NCBI GenBank assembly: GCA_031416315.1 | Contig: JANOTL010000019.1 | Span: 1 to 52,863, forward strand | Source: Pseudomonadota bacterium | GTDB lineage: Bacteria > Bdellovibrionota_B > Oligoflexia > Oligoflexales > CAIYRB01 | Length of the DNA: 52,863 nucleotides | Direction: 5' to 3' | Part shown: in pieces, positions 9,733 through 18,782 of the stretch | Layout of the letters: the number at the start of each line of letters is the position of its first letter | How positions within the stretch are numbered: position 1 is the stretch's first letter | Notes under the pieces: model-generated | The model's database searches: none | Told to the model about the DNA's origin: nothing | The model's input: the letters and a program-made list of their open reading frames with translations, nothing else | Position numbers and translations under genes: made by a program

Positions 9733-12700
9733 GTGTCGAGCGCACGCCTGCCGGTCGCCTACGATCCGTTTTCTGGAACCGGACCCTTGGCCCTCGTCCA
9801 TCCGACGACCGAGGCGCAGAAAGAAGTCTTCACCTCCGCGCACTGGGGCCGCGACGCCTCCTGCGCTTACAACGAATCCTTTTCGCTGCGGTTCCGGGGC
9901 GCCCTCGACGTCGAGCGCCTACGCTCGGCGCTCGCGACCGTCACGTCCCGGCATGAGGCCCTGCGGGCCGCCGTGACACCTGACGGCATGAGCGCCTGCG
10001 TCGCTGAAACCCTGATCCAGTCGCTGGCGTCCGATGACCTCTCGGCGCAGTCTTCGGCCGATCGTGGCGCGGCCGTCGCACGCGCTCAGGACGAGGAGGC
10101 CGAGCGCGAATTCGATCTCGTGTGCGGGCCTCTTTTCCGCGTGCGCCTCCTCCGCCTCGCTGCCGACGAGCATCACTTTATATTCTGCGCGCATCACCTG
10201 GTGTGCGACGGCTGGTCGATCGCCGTCGTCGTGAAGGAACTGGCGGCCATCTACGGCGGCCGCGGGGACGAGCTGGAACCCGCGATCCCATATAGCGACT
10301 ACGCCCGTCGCGAGCGCGAGCGCCTGGCATCCGGCGGCGGCGCCGAAGACGAAGCCTTTTGGCTTTCCGTGTTCCGCGGCGGCGCCCCGGCCTTGGACCT
10401 GCCGCTCGATCAAGCGCGCCCGCCGGTGCGGCCCTACCACTCGCGGCGCGTCGACCTGGATCTTCCCCCGGAGCTGATCAAACGCCTGAAGGCTTTCGGC
10501 GCGAAAAACGGCTCGAGCTTCTTCACCGTGCTGATCGCCGGCTACTACGCGCTGCTCAACCGCTGGTCGGGCGCGGAGGAGATCGTCGTCGGCGTGCCCG
10601 CGGCCGGACAATCGATCGAAGGCGAAGCGACGCTCGTCGGCCACTGCGTCAACCTCTTGCCGATCCTGGCGCAGCCGACGGCGGGGAAATCGTTCGCCGC
10701 CTTCCTGAAAGAGGTGCGGGCGGTGGTTCTCGACGCCTTCGACCACCAGCAATTCACTTACGGCAGCCTCCTGACGAAGCTTTCGGTCGAGCGCGATCCG
10801 AGCCGCCTGCCGCTCGTCAGCGTCATCTTCAACCTAGACCAGGGCCTTTTCGAATCCGCTTATGCGTTCGAAGGCCTAGAGACCGCGTTCACCACGACGC
10901 CACGGCGCTTCGAGAACTTCGAGCTCTTCTTCAACGTCATCGAGATCGGCGGCAAGACGACGATCGAGTGCCAGTATCTGGAGGGGCTTTTCGACGAAAA
11001 GACGATCACCTCGCGCCTCGAGAGCTACGTGCGTCTGCTCGAATCCGCCGTGGCCGCGCCGGAGACTCTGCTCGGGAAGTTGCCGATGGCGCCCGTGCGC
11101 GAGGAGGCTCTCTTCGCCCAGTGGAACCGCGCCGCGATGGCGCCGGCCCCGAAAGCCCAGACGATCCACGGGCTGATCGGCGCGCAGGCGCGCGCGACCC
11201 CGGATCGGATCGCCGTCCGCTGCGGCGAGCGTCAGCTCACGTATCGCGAGCTGTGGGACGACGCTGGCCGCGTCGCGCAGCGACTGCGCGCGATGGGCGT
11301 GAAGCCCGGCGTGATGGTCGGGATCTCAGTCGAGCGCTCGCTGGCGATGCTCTCCGCCTTGATCGGCATCATGCGCGCCGGCGGCGCCTACGTGCCGCTC
11401 GACCCGACCTTACCGAAAGACCGCCTCAAGTTCATGCTCGAGGACACCGAGGCCTCCGTCCTGATCCTGACCGACGAGACCATGGACGTGGTGCCAGAGG
11501 CCTTCGCGGCAAAAATGATTCACCTGGACCGCGAGCGCGAGACGCTTAAAATGCTCTCGCCCTTGGCCGAGGAGCCTGAGGCGCAGGGCGCCGCCGCCGG
11601 ACCCGAAGACATCGCCTACGTCATCTTCACCTCCGGCTCCACCGGGCGTCCGAAAGGCGTGCTCTGCCCGCATCGCGGCGTCGCGAGCCTTCTCGACTCG
11701 ATGACGCGCTGGCCGGGGCTCGGCCTTCACGACAAGCAGCTCGGCGTGACCACGATCTCCTTCGACGTGCACGTTCCCGACCTCTATCTGCCGCTCGTCG
11801 TCGGCGCCGAGCTCGTGATCGCGACGAAGGATGACACGCTCGAAGGCGAGCGGTTGAAGGATCTCCTGGACCGGCGCAAGATCACCTTCATGCAAGCGAC
11901 GCCGGCGACCTGGCGCATGCTCCTCGCCGTCGGTTGGCGCGGCGGCCAGCACCTGAAGATCGTCTCCACCGGCGAGCCTCTGCCGCGCGAGCTCGCAGCG
12001 GAGCTTCTGCCGCTCGTCGGCGAGCTCTGGAACATGTACGGCCCGACGGAGACGACGATCTATTCTACAGGCTGTCGCATCGAAGACGCCGGCAAGCCGA
12101 TCCTGATCGGCAAGCCGGTCGCGAACACGACGCTCTTCGTCGTCAACGATGTGGGCGAGGCCTGTCCCATCGGCGTTCCCGGCGAGCTCCTGATCGGCGG
12201 CGTCGGCGTCACCCGCGGCTACTTGAAGCGCGAAGACCTCACGGCGGAGAAGTTCGTCTCAGGCCCCGGCGGCGCGCGCGTCTACAAGACCGGCGATTTG
12301 GCGCGCTTTTTGCCGTCGGGAGACGTCGAGTGCCTGGGCCGCAACGACCATCAGGTGAAAGTGCGCGGCTTCCGCATCGAGCTCGGAGAGATCGAGGCCG
12401 AGCTGGCGAAGGTCCCGAGCGTGCGCGCCGCCGTCGTCGGCGTCCGTGACCGCGTTGCGGGCGACCGGCGCCTCGTCGCCTGGATCGTCTCCGCGGGGAA
12501 CGCGGCGCCCGAGGCCATGGCGTTGAAGGAAGCCCTGCGCGCCTTCCTGCCGGAATACATGGTGCCGCAGCATTTCCTGAGCATCGACCTTCTACCTTTG
12601 ACGCCGACCGGCAAGGTCGACCGCAAGAAGCTGCCCTCGCCCTTCGGCGCCGGCGGGCGCGAGACGGTCCCGGTCCCGGGCACCGGCGCGAAGCTCGCGC

Positions 12701-14763
12701 GCCGCGCGCCGCAGACGCCGATGGAGCTCTCCGTCACGCAGCGAAGGGTCTTGGACCTCGAGCAGTCGATGCCGGGCCTCGCGCTCTACAACCTCCCGAC
12801 CGGCTTTAGGATCTTCGGGCCGTTCCAGATCGAGGCCGCCTCGCGCGCGCTCGACCAGTTCGTCAACCGTCACGAGGCCCTGCGCACGGCGTTCCGCCGC
12901 ACGGCCGACGCCGCGGAGCCGGTCGTCTCGCCCTCGGTGAGCTTCCGTCCCGAGATGGTCGACCTCACGAGCTCCGCGCGCGAGGCGCAAGAGGCGCGGA
13001 TGAGCCGCGATTTCCACGACACCGCGCACCGGCCCTTCGATCTGACGCGGGCGCCCCTCTTCCGCGCGACGATCTACAAGATCGCCGAGCAAGAGCACGT
13101 CCTCTTCATCATGGCGCATCAGGCGACCTGGGACGGCTGGTCCTTCGACATCTTCGTCCGCGAGATGTCGTCCCTCTACGAGGCCGCAGCGAACGGCGGC
13201 GTCGCGACGCTTCTGCCGCTGGAGCTCGGCTTCGGCGACTACGCGCTTTGGCACAATCGCGCCTTGCGGGGCTCCGTGATGAAGGAGCAGCTCGCATATT
13301 GGCGCGCGAAGCTAGAGAATCCGCCGTCGCCGCTCGCCATGCCCACGACCCGGGCGCGGCCTGCGCGCTTCACCTTCAAAGGCCACTCGGTCTCGTTCTT
13401 CATGGCGCGCGATCTCGCCAACGCGCTGACGACCGTGGGGCGCGAGGTGGGCGCGACCTTCTTCCATGTGCTCCTCTCTGCCTACAAGATCCTGCTGTCG
13501 CGGCGGACGGGCGCCTCGGAGCTCGTCGTCGGGACGCCGGTGCGGGGACGCGAGGGGCGCGAGGTCGAAAGCATCGTCGGCCCCTTCTTGAACTACATCG
13601 CCGTCCGCAGCAAGGTCGAGGCGAGCGAGCCGTTCACGGATTTCCTGCGCAAGGTGCGGCTCGCGGCGCTCGAAGGCATGGGTCACGACGCCCTTCCCTT
13701 CGACCACCTGGTCCAGGAGCTCGGCTTGGACCGGGATCTGGCGCGCACGCCGCTCTTTCAGGCGATCTTCTCGTTCCAGGACGCGCGAGCGCGCAACACC
13801 ACCTTCGGCAAGCTGCCGTTCAAGCAGGTCAACATCGAGCCGCTCACCGTGCCCGCCGAGCTCAATTTCTGGGTGAAGGAGTCGAACGAGAACTTGATGG
13901 GCAGCATGAACTACGCGTCGGATCTGTTCGACGAGGAGTCGATGCGGGACTTTCTGGAGTGCTACGACGCGCTCCTTAGAGCCATCGTCGCCGAGCCGCG
14001 GCTCGCGACCGGGAAGCTCGCGGTCACGCCGGCCGAAGCCGAGGCGAGCGAAGGCTGCCGGCAGGTCGGCGCCTGGCTGACGGGGATTCCGGAGATCGAG
14101 TCGACGCTCGGCGGCCTCGAGGCGATCAAGGAGGCGGCCGTGGCGCTGCAATACGACGAGACCGGCACGCCACGCCTGGCGGCGTATTTCTCGCTCGCCG
14201 CCGGCGAGTTCGTGACGGCCTCCGATCTGCGGCGGCATGTGCGGCTGAAGCACGGCGAGGCGCTGGTGCCGCACGCGTTCATCGAGGTGGAGACCATGCC
14301 GCGGCTGACGATCGAGGGCGCTAGCGGCAAGATTGACAAGAGCAAGCTGCCGCCGGCGTACAGGCGCCTCGACGTCGCCGGAGGCGGCGAGCTTGGCGGT
14401 CAGGTCGACGGTGGCCGGCCGAGAACGAAGGCCGAGCTGGCGCTCGCTTTGATCTGGAAAGAGATGCTCGGGGTCGACGAAGTGTCGACGCGCGGGAACT
14501 TCTTCGAGCTCGGCGGGCACTCGCTCCTCGCGATCCAGATGATCGGCAGGGTCGAGCGCGAGCTGGGCGTGAAGTTGCCGCGGATGGCGGTGACCCTGAA
14601 TACCTTGGGACAGATCGCGAAGACCCTGGGCATGGATGAGGCGACGGCCGTGGCGCCGCCAGCGGCCGCCGTCGTGGCGACGCCAGCAAAGGCGGCCCCG
14701 GCCACCTCGGCGCCGCCCGCGAAGGGCATCGGCAAACTCTGGTCGAAGCTGCGCGGGGGCTGA
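9733..14763 (+). CDS. non-ribosomal peptide synthetase, C-A-C*-Asub-T, no thioesterase
   Basis: C1 HHLVCDGWS (10192); A motifs YVIFTSGSTGRPKG, NMYGPTE, YKTGD, QVKVRGFRIELGEIE, TGKVDR; C2 HQATWDGWS (13117); isolated A C-terminal subdomain (GKIDKSKL); T FFELGGHSL (Ser 14521). GTG 9733 with GAGG preferred over ATG 9598. Confidence 0.92.
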   Translation: MSSARLPVAYDPFSGTGPLALVHPTTEAQKEVFTSAHWGRDASCAYNESFSLRFRGALDVERLRSALATVTSRHEALRAAVTPDGMSACVAETLIQSLASDDLSAQSSADRGAAVARAQDEEAEREFDLVCGPLFRVRLLRLAADEHHFIFCAHHLVCDGWSIAVVVKELAAIYGGRGDELEPAIPYSDYARRERERLASGGGAEDEAFWLSVFRGGAPALDLPLDQARPPVRPYHSRRVDLDLPPELIKRLKAFGAKNGSSFFTVLIAGYYALLNRWSGAEEIVVGVPAAGQSIEGEATLVGHCVNLLPILAQPTAGKSFAAFLKEVRAVVLDAFDHQQFTYGSLLTKLSVERDPSRLPLVSVIFNLDQGLFESAYAFEGLETAFTTTPRRFENFELFFNVIEIGGKTTIECQYLEGLFDEKTITSRLESYVRLLESAVAAPETLLGKLPMAPVREEALFAQWNRAAMAPAPKAQTIHGLIGAQARATPDRIAVRCGERQLTYRELWDDAGRVAQRLRAMGVKPGVMVGISVERSLAMLSALIGIMRAGGAYVPLDPTLPKDRLKFMLEDTEASVLILTDETMDVVPEAFAAKMIHLDRERETLKMLSPLAEEPEAQGAAAGPEDIAYVIFTSGSTGRPKGVLCPHRGVASLLDSMTRWPGLGLHDKQLGVTTISFDVHVPDLYLPLVVGAELVIATKDDTLEGERLKDLLDRRKITFMQATPATWRMLLAVGWRGGQHLKIVSTGEPLPRELAAELLPLVGELWNMYGPTETTIYSTGCRIEDAGKPILIGKPVANTTLFVVNDVGEACPIGVPGELLIGGVGVTRGYLKREDLTAEKFVSGPGGARVYKTGDLARFLPSGDVECLGRNDHQVKVRGFRIELGEIEAELAKVPSVRAAVVGVRDRVAGDRRLVAWIVSAGNAAPEAMALKEALRAFLPEYMVPQHFLSIDLLPLTPTGKVDRKKLPSPFGAGGRETVPVPGTGAKLARRAPQTPMELSVTQRRVLDLEQSMPGLALYNLPTGFRIFGPFQIEAASRALDQFVNRHEALRTAFRRTADAAEPVVSPSVSFRPEMVDLTSSAREAQEARMSRDFHDTAHRPFDLTRAPLFRATIYKIAEQEHVLFIMAHQATWDGWSFDIFVREMSSLYEAAANGGVATLLPLELGFGDYALWHNRALRGSVMKEQLAYWRAKLENPPSPLAMPTTRARPARFTFKGHSVSFFMARDLANALTTVGREVGATFFHVLLSAYKILLSRRTGASELVVGTPVRGREGREVESIVGPFLNYIAVRSKVEASEPFTDFLRKVRLAALEGMGHDALPFDHLVQELGLDRDLARTPLFQAIFSFQDARARNTTFGKLPFKQVNIEPLTVPAELNFWVKESNENLMGSMNYASDLFDEESMRDFLECYDALLRAIVAEPRLATGKLAVTPAEAEASEGCRQVGAWLTGIPEIESTLGGLEAIKEAAVALQYDETGTPRLAAYFSLAAGEFVTASDLRRHVRLKHGEALVPHAFIEVETMPRLTIEGASGKIDKSKLPPAYRRLDVAGGGELGGQVDGGRPRTKAELALALIWKEMLGVDEVSTRGNFFELGGHSLLAIQMIGRVERELGVKLPRMAVTLNTLGQIAKTLGMDEATAVAPPAAAVVATPAKAAPATSAPPAKGIGKLWSKLRGG

Positions 14764-14765
14764 CG

Positions 14766-15584
14766 TTGCAGGCGAGCTACTTTGGCAAATCCGAGGCGCC
14801 GCTTTTCGGCGTGCACTATCCGCCGGCAAAGGGGCAGAAGCGCGTCGGCGTCCTCCTGTGCTACCCGGGTCCCGAGGAATACATGCGGGTGCACTGGGCC
14901 TACCGGAATCTCGTGCAGCAGCTCGGGCGGCACGGCTTCCACGTGTTCAAGTTCGACTATTACGGCACCGGCGACTCGGCCGGCGCGATGGGCGCGGGCG
15001 ACCTGGCGCGCTGGCGGCGAGACGCCGTCACGGCGCTCGAGGAGCTCCGCGATTTGAGTGGCGTCTCGCGCCTTGCCTTGGTCGGCACGCGCCTCGGCGG
15101 CGCCATCGCCGCGACGCTCGGCGAAGAGCTTTTGCGGGCGGAGCGGCCGCTGACGATCGACGCGATGGTGCTTTGGGACCCGGTCGTCTCCGGCGTCGCC
15201 TATCTGGGCGAGCTATCCGCGCTGCAAGACCGGCGCATTCTGAACAGCCGCAATCCGCTCGAGCAGCACGTGAACGAGAATTGTCCGGAGCTCCTCGGCT
15301 ACCCGCTATCGAGGCAAATGGAGCAAAGCCTGCGCGCGCTCGACTTGCGCGGTCAGGGCAAGAGCGCCGCAATGACGCCGGCGCGGCGGACGATCGTCGT
15401 CGGCTCGGAGGAGCTCACGCAGTACTCGGATCTGGCGAAGCGCTTCGGCGAGGGCGTCGAGACCGGCTTCGTCCACGTCGGCGAGGCCTGCTTCTGGCGG
15501 GTCCAAGAGCTTTTGGAGCAAGCCATCCTGCCCAGCCGCATCGTGCAGGCGGTCGCCGACCAGCTGGCGAGGACGTGCCCATGA
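14766..15584 (+). CDS. alpha/beta-hydrolase-fold protein lacking the Ser nucleophile (resembles exosortase-system hydrolase 2)
   Basis: LFGVHYPP, EEYMRVH, FDYYGTGDS, GTRLG at the nucleophile elbow, LWDPVVSG; TTG start 2 nt after NRPS stop. Confidence 0.75.
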   Translation: MQASYFGKSEAPLFGVHYPPAKGQKRVGVLLCYPGPEEYMRVHWAYRNLVQQLGRHGFHVFKFDYYGTGDSAGAMGAGDLARWRRDAVTALEELRDLSGVSRLALVGTRLGGAIAATLGEELLRAERPLTIDAMVLWDPVVSGVAYLGELSALQDRRILNSRNPLEQHVNENCPELLGYPLSRQMEQSLRALDLRGQGKSAAMTPARRTIVVGSEELTQYSDLAKRFGEGVETGFVHVGEACFWRVQELLEQAILPSRIVQAVADQLARTCP

Positions 15585-16408
15585 GGGAGAAGGTCTTCGG
15601 CTTCGGCCCTGACGCGCGTCTCGTCGGGATCGCTTCCGAGCCCGTCGACCGCGACGCCGCGAAGGGGCGGCCGGCGATGCTCTTCGCCAACACCGGCATC
15701 TCCCACCGCGTCGGCCCTTTCCGCCTGAACGTCGAGCTGGCGCGTCGCGTCGCGGCCATGGGCTTTTACGGCTTCCGCTTCGACTTCTCGGGGCTAGGCG
15801 ACAGCCGTCCGGCGGAAGACGACCGCGACGACTATACGCGCGCCATCGACGAGGCGCGCCTCGCGATGGACCTGATGACCAAAAGGACCGGCGTCGAGCG
15901 CTTCGTGTGGTTCGGCCTCTGCTCCAGCGCCGACAAAGGCCACCACATCGCCCTGAGCGACCCACGCATCGTCGGCGCCGTCTTCATCGACGGCTACGCG
16001 AATCCGACGGCGGGGTTCAAGATGAGACACTGGCTGCGCTATTTCCAATGGAAAAGGATCAAGGTCTTCATCCGCACCAAGCTTTCAACGCTTCGGGCAA
16101 AGCTGACGGCTGCGAAGCCACAGACGCCTCCGCCTTACAAAGCGATCATCGCCAGCCCCGCGCCGGAGAAGATCGGCGCCGAGCTCAAGACCCTTGCCGA
16201 TCGCGGCGTCGAGCAGCTCCACCTGTTCACGATCTCAACCGACTACGTTTACAACTACGAGGGTCAGTTCTGGGATCTGTACCCGATGCTGCGCGGTCAC
16301 GAGCGTGTGCAAACGGAGCGGTATCCGGAGGCGGATCACACGTTGTCGTTCCGGTCGCTGCAGCTCCTCTTCATCGACAGGGTTTGTCGGTGGATGGAGC
16401 GGTTCTAG
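15581..16408 (+). CDS. alpha/beta-hydrolase with Cys at the nucleophile elbow (resembles exosortase-system hydrolase 1)
   Basis: HRVGPFRLNVELAR, RFDFSGLGDS, GLCSS, ADHTLS; ATGA overlap with previous gene. Confidence 0.78.
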   Translation: MREKVFGFGPDARLVGIASEPVDRDAAKGRPAMLFANTGISHRVGPFRLNVELARRVAAMGFYGFRFDFSGLGDSRPAEDDRDDYTRAIDEARLAMDLMTKRTGVERFVWFGLCSSADKGHHIALSDPRIVGAVFIDGYANPTAGFKMRHWLRYFQWKRIKVFIRTKLSTLRAKLTAAKPQTPPPYKAIIASPAPEKIGAELKTLADRGVEQLHLFTISTDYVYNYEGQFWDLYPMLRGHERVQTERYPEADHTLSFRSLQLLFIDRVCRWMERF

Positions 16409-16430
16409 GAAGGGTCGCGCCCGGCTGGGC

Positions 16431-16973
16431 TCAAGGCTTCACTTTGTAGGAAACGACGCAGGTGCCGGCGATGTAGTCGTGCATGGCCCGTTTTCGTACG
16501 TCGAAAAGCACCAGCAAGAACCCGAGGCCGAGCGTCAGCACGGAGAGCGCCCGGCCGACGGTCTCGCGCAGGAGCACCGGGCCGAAGCCGAGCGCCGCGC
16601 CGAGGTCCTCGCGCACGACGCGGATGCCGACGATGCGCTTTCCTAGCGTCTGGCCCCAGATTAAGGTCGGCGCCAGGAGGTAGAGCATAATCGGGATCGC
16701 CGTCAGCGCCGCGGTCAGGATCCAGTACTCGGTGGTGTGCCCGTAAGCGTGCAGCTTCTCGAGATAGCGCTGAAACGGCAGATGGCAGAGCACGTCGAGC
16801 GGCCCGGCGAAGGTGACGTCGAGCGTCAACGCGTACCAGCGCAGGACGAAGCCGGCCGGCTGATAGACGGAGAAATCCTCGGCCGATCCGTGCTGGAGCA
16901 CCGCCTGCGGCGTCGCGCGCGGCAGCGCATCCTGCGTCGCGCGCGGCAGCGCGTCCTGGGCCTGCGGGTTCAT
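16431..16973 (-). CDS. RDD family membrane protein
   Basis: AGFVLRWYALTLD, GQTLGKRIVGIRVV, RAMHDYIAGTCVV. Confidence 0.88.
   Translation of the reverse strand: MNPQAQDALPRATQDALPRATPQAVLQHGSAEDFSVYQPAGFVLRWYALTLDVTFAGPLDVLCHLPFQRYLEKLHAYGHTTEYWILTAALTAIPIMLYLLAPTLIWGQTLGKRIVGIRVVREDLGAALGFGPVLLRETVGRALSVLTLGLGFLLVLFDVRKRAMHDYIAGTCVVSYKVKP
16911..16958. repeat. 2 x 24-bp tandem duplication in RDD N-terminus (QDALPRAT x2)
   Basis: cgtcgcgcgcggcagcgcatcctg / cgtcgcgcgcggcagcgcgtcctg, 23 of 24 identical. Confidence 0.85.
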
Positions 16974-18616
16974 GCTGCCTCTCTTTCACGGTTCCAGAGC
17001 TCGATCATCGGGACGAGCCGCGAGCCCTGATGGTGCCGGGCGAAACTCGCCAACGCGCTCGACGCGGAGGCGTCGTAGCGCAGGCATGCCAGGACCTGCA
17101 GCGCCGTCGCCTCGACTCCCGCGCGCCGCGTCGAGGACGGAAACCGCACGATGAAGAGATCGTAGAGGCGGAGCGCCAAGATGGGTGCGCCCTGCGTGGC
17201 GCAGAAGTCCGCGAGCGCCAGCATATGCAGCTGCCCGAGCCGCGCCAAGCAAGTGCGATACGGCAAGCTCATCGGGATCTGCGCGAGCAAGCGCCCCGCA
17301 AAGAGGAGCTGCCCGTTGCGCACGCTGATCGCGCAGATCGAGGACAGATGCTCGTTGATGAACGCCCGCCCTTTTTCGACGAGATCGCCGTCCTCGTTCG
17401 GCTGCGCCTTTTGCGCCCAGCGGAGGAACGTGCCGCAGCCAATTTCGAGCGCATGCACGTTGTCCGGGTTGACGCGGATCATCTCGCCGGCGTCCTCGAG
17501 CACCTTCCGCACGTCGCGACCCTGTCCGAGCTTTTGCAAGTCCTGAATCTCGCCCGAGTAGACGAAGGGCAGCGGCAGCGGGAAGATCTGCGCCGTCACC
17601 CAGGCGACCAGGGCGCCGATCACGAACCCGCCGAGATGGGCAACGTGCGCGACCCCCGCCTCCTGCAACTCGCCGAAGCCGTTGTCGAGCCCGCCGATCA
17701 CGTCGCTCAGGATGAATATCAGCGGGAAGACGTACATGACCGGCGCGCGGTAAGCCGTGCCGGCGTATAGCTTCCGCGGCAGCCACACCAGGAGCCGCAT
17801 GTTCTGCTTGAAGAAAAAGACGAAGAAGAGCCCCATCGCCGCGCTGACGTTCGCCGAGCCGCCGAGCGCGATCGTGTCGCCCGACGAGAAGAACGCGGCA
17901 TGCAGCGCCATGCCGGCGGTCCCGCCCACCAAAAGCGTGGCGAGGTAGGCCCACCGGCTCGTCCTTTGCTCGGCGTAGATGCCGAAGACGACGAGCATGA
18001 AGATGTTGCTGGCCAGGTGAAAGAAGCCGCCGTGCCGCACTTGCGCCGCGACCAGCGACGCCGGGGTGATGTAGGACCGCACCAGGCATTGGTTTTCCTT
18101 GCAGATGTCGCGCAGCCCGCGGCGGTAGCTGGCGATCGCGGAGGCATAGGTCTTGTAGCTCTTGAGCCCCGAGAACGGCTTCTGCTTCTGCCGCGACCCG
18201 TCGAGGAACTTCCACAGGATGTCTTTATAAACGAAGCACCGTTTGGAATCGCTGCAGTCGACGAGCTCCTCGCGCACCGCGTCCGCGGCCTCGTGCTCGG
18301 CGTCGAGCTTCGCCGCCAGCGCGTCCTCGAGCTCCGGCGCCGGCGCTTCGCCCTTCCCCGGAAAACCCGTCCACACGAGGACTGAGTACCGCTTGCACGC
18401 CTCGAGCTCGCCCTTCCGGCTCGTGCAATAGTCGACGAAGAGGTCGCGGGCGCTGTCGCGCACGCCGGTCTCGGCGACGACGTTGAAAATGCCGCCGAAA
18501 ATGCGGTCGTCTGAGCCGTCGAGGATGGCGACCAGGGCCCAAACGAGGACGAAGGCCAAAGTGACCCAAGGGGGTCTCTTCAACTTCGTTCCCAATCCGA
18601 GCGGCAGCACGATCAC
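16970..18616 (-). CDS. rhomboid intramembrane serine protease with large Cys-containing insert and helical C-terminal domain
   Basis: MIVLPLG...PWVT start, HGGFFHLASN, GGSANVSA (catalytic Ser), AHVAHLGG (catalytic His); ATGA overlap with RDD gene. Confidence 0.82.
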   Translation of the reverse strand: MIVLPLGLGTKLKRPPWVTLAFVLVWALVAILDGSDDRIFGGIFNVVAETGVRDSARDLFVDYCTSRKGELEACKRYSVLVWTGFPGKGEAPAPELEDALAAKLDAEHEAADAVREELVDCSDSKRCFVYKDILWKFLDGSRQKQKPFSGLKSYKTYASAIASYRRGLRDICKENQCLVRSYITPASLVAAQVRHGGFFHLASNIFMLVVFGIYAEQRTSRWAYLATLLVGGTAGMALHAAFFSSGDTIALGGSANVSAAMGLFFVFFFKQNMRLLVWLPRKLYAGTAYRAPVMYVFPLIFILSDVIGGLDNGFGELQEAGVAHVAHLGGFVIGALVAWVTAQIFPLPLPFVYSGEIQDLQKLGQGRDVRKVLEDAGEMIRVNPDNVHALEIGCGTFLRWAQKAQPNEDGDLVEKGRAFINEHLSSICAISVRNGQLLFAGRLLAQIPMSLPYRTCLARLGQLHMLALADFCATQGAPILALRLYDLFIVRFPSSTRRAGVEATALQVLACLRYDASASSALASFARHHQGSRLVPMIELWNREREAA

Positions 18617-18782
18617 TTGGAAGCTCCCCTTCGACTTGGAAGACTTCGGAGCCTTCGTCGAAATCCTGAGCCGCCTTTGGCGAAGTCCTTGATTTCATAG
18701 GAATCTCTTGCAATTTCGAAGACTTGTCGCGCCCGCCCCGTCTGCGTCATACTGAGCCCAACTTTCACCCGGGGGAAAATCC

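Noticed and set aside
14636..15580. 590-aa ORF extension upstream of the second hydrolase
   Set aside because: Arg-rich off-frame read of the first hydrolase; ATG 15581 with ATGA coupling is the better start
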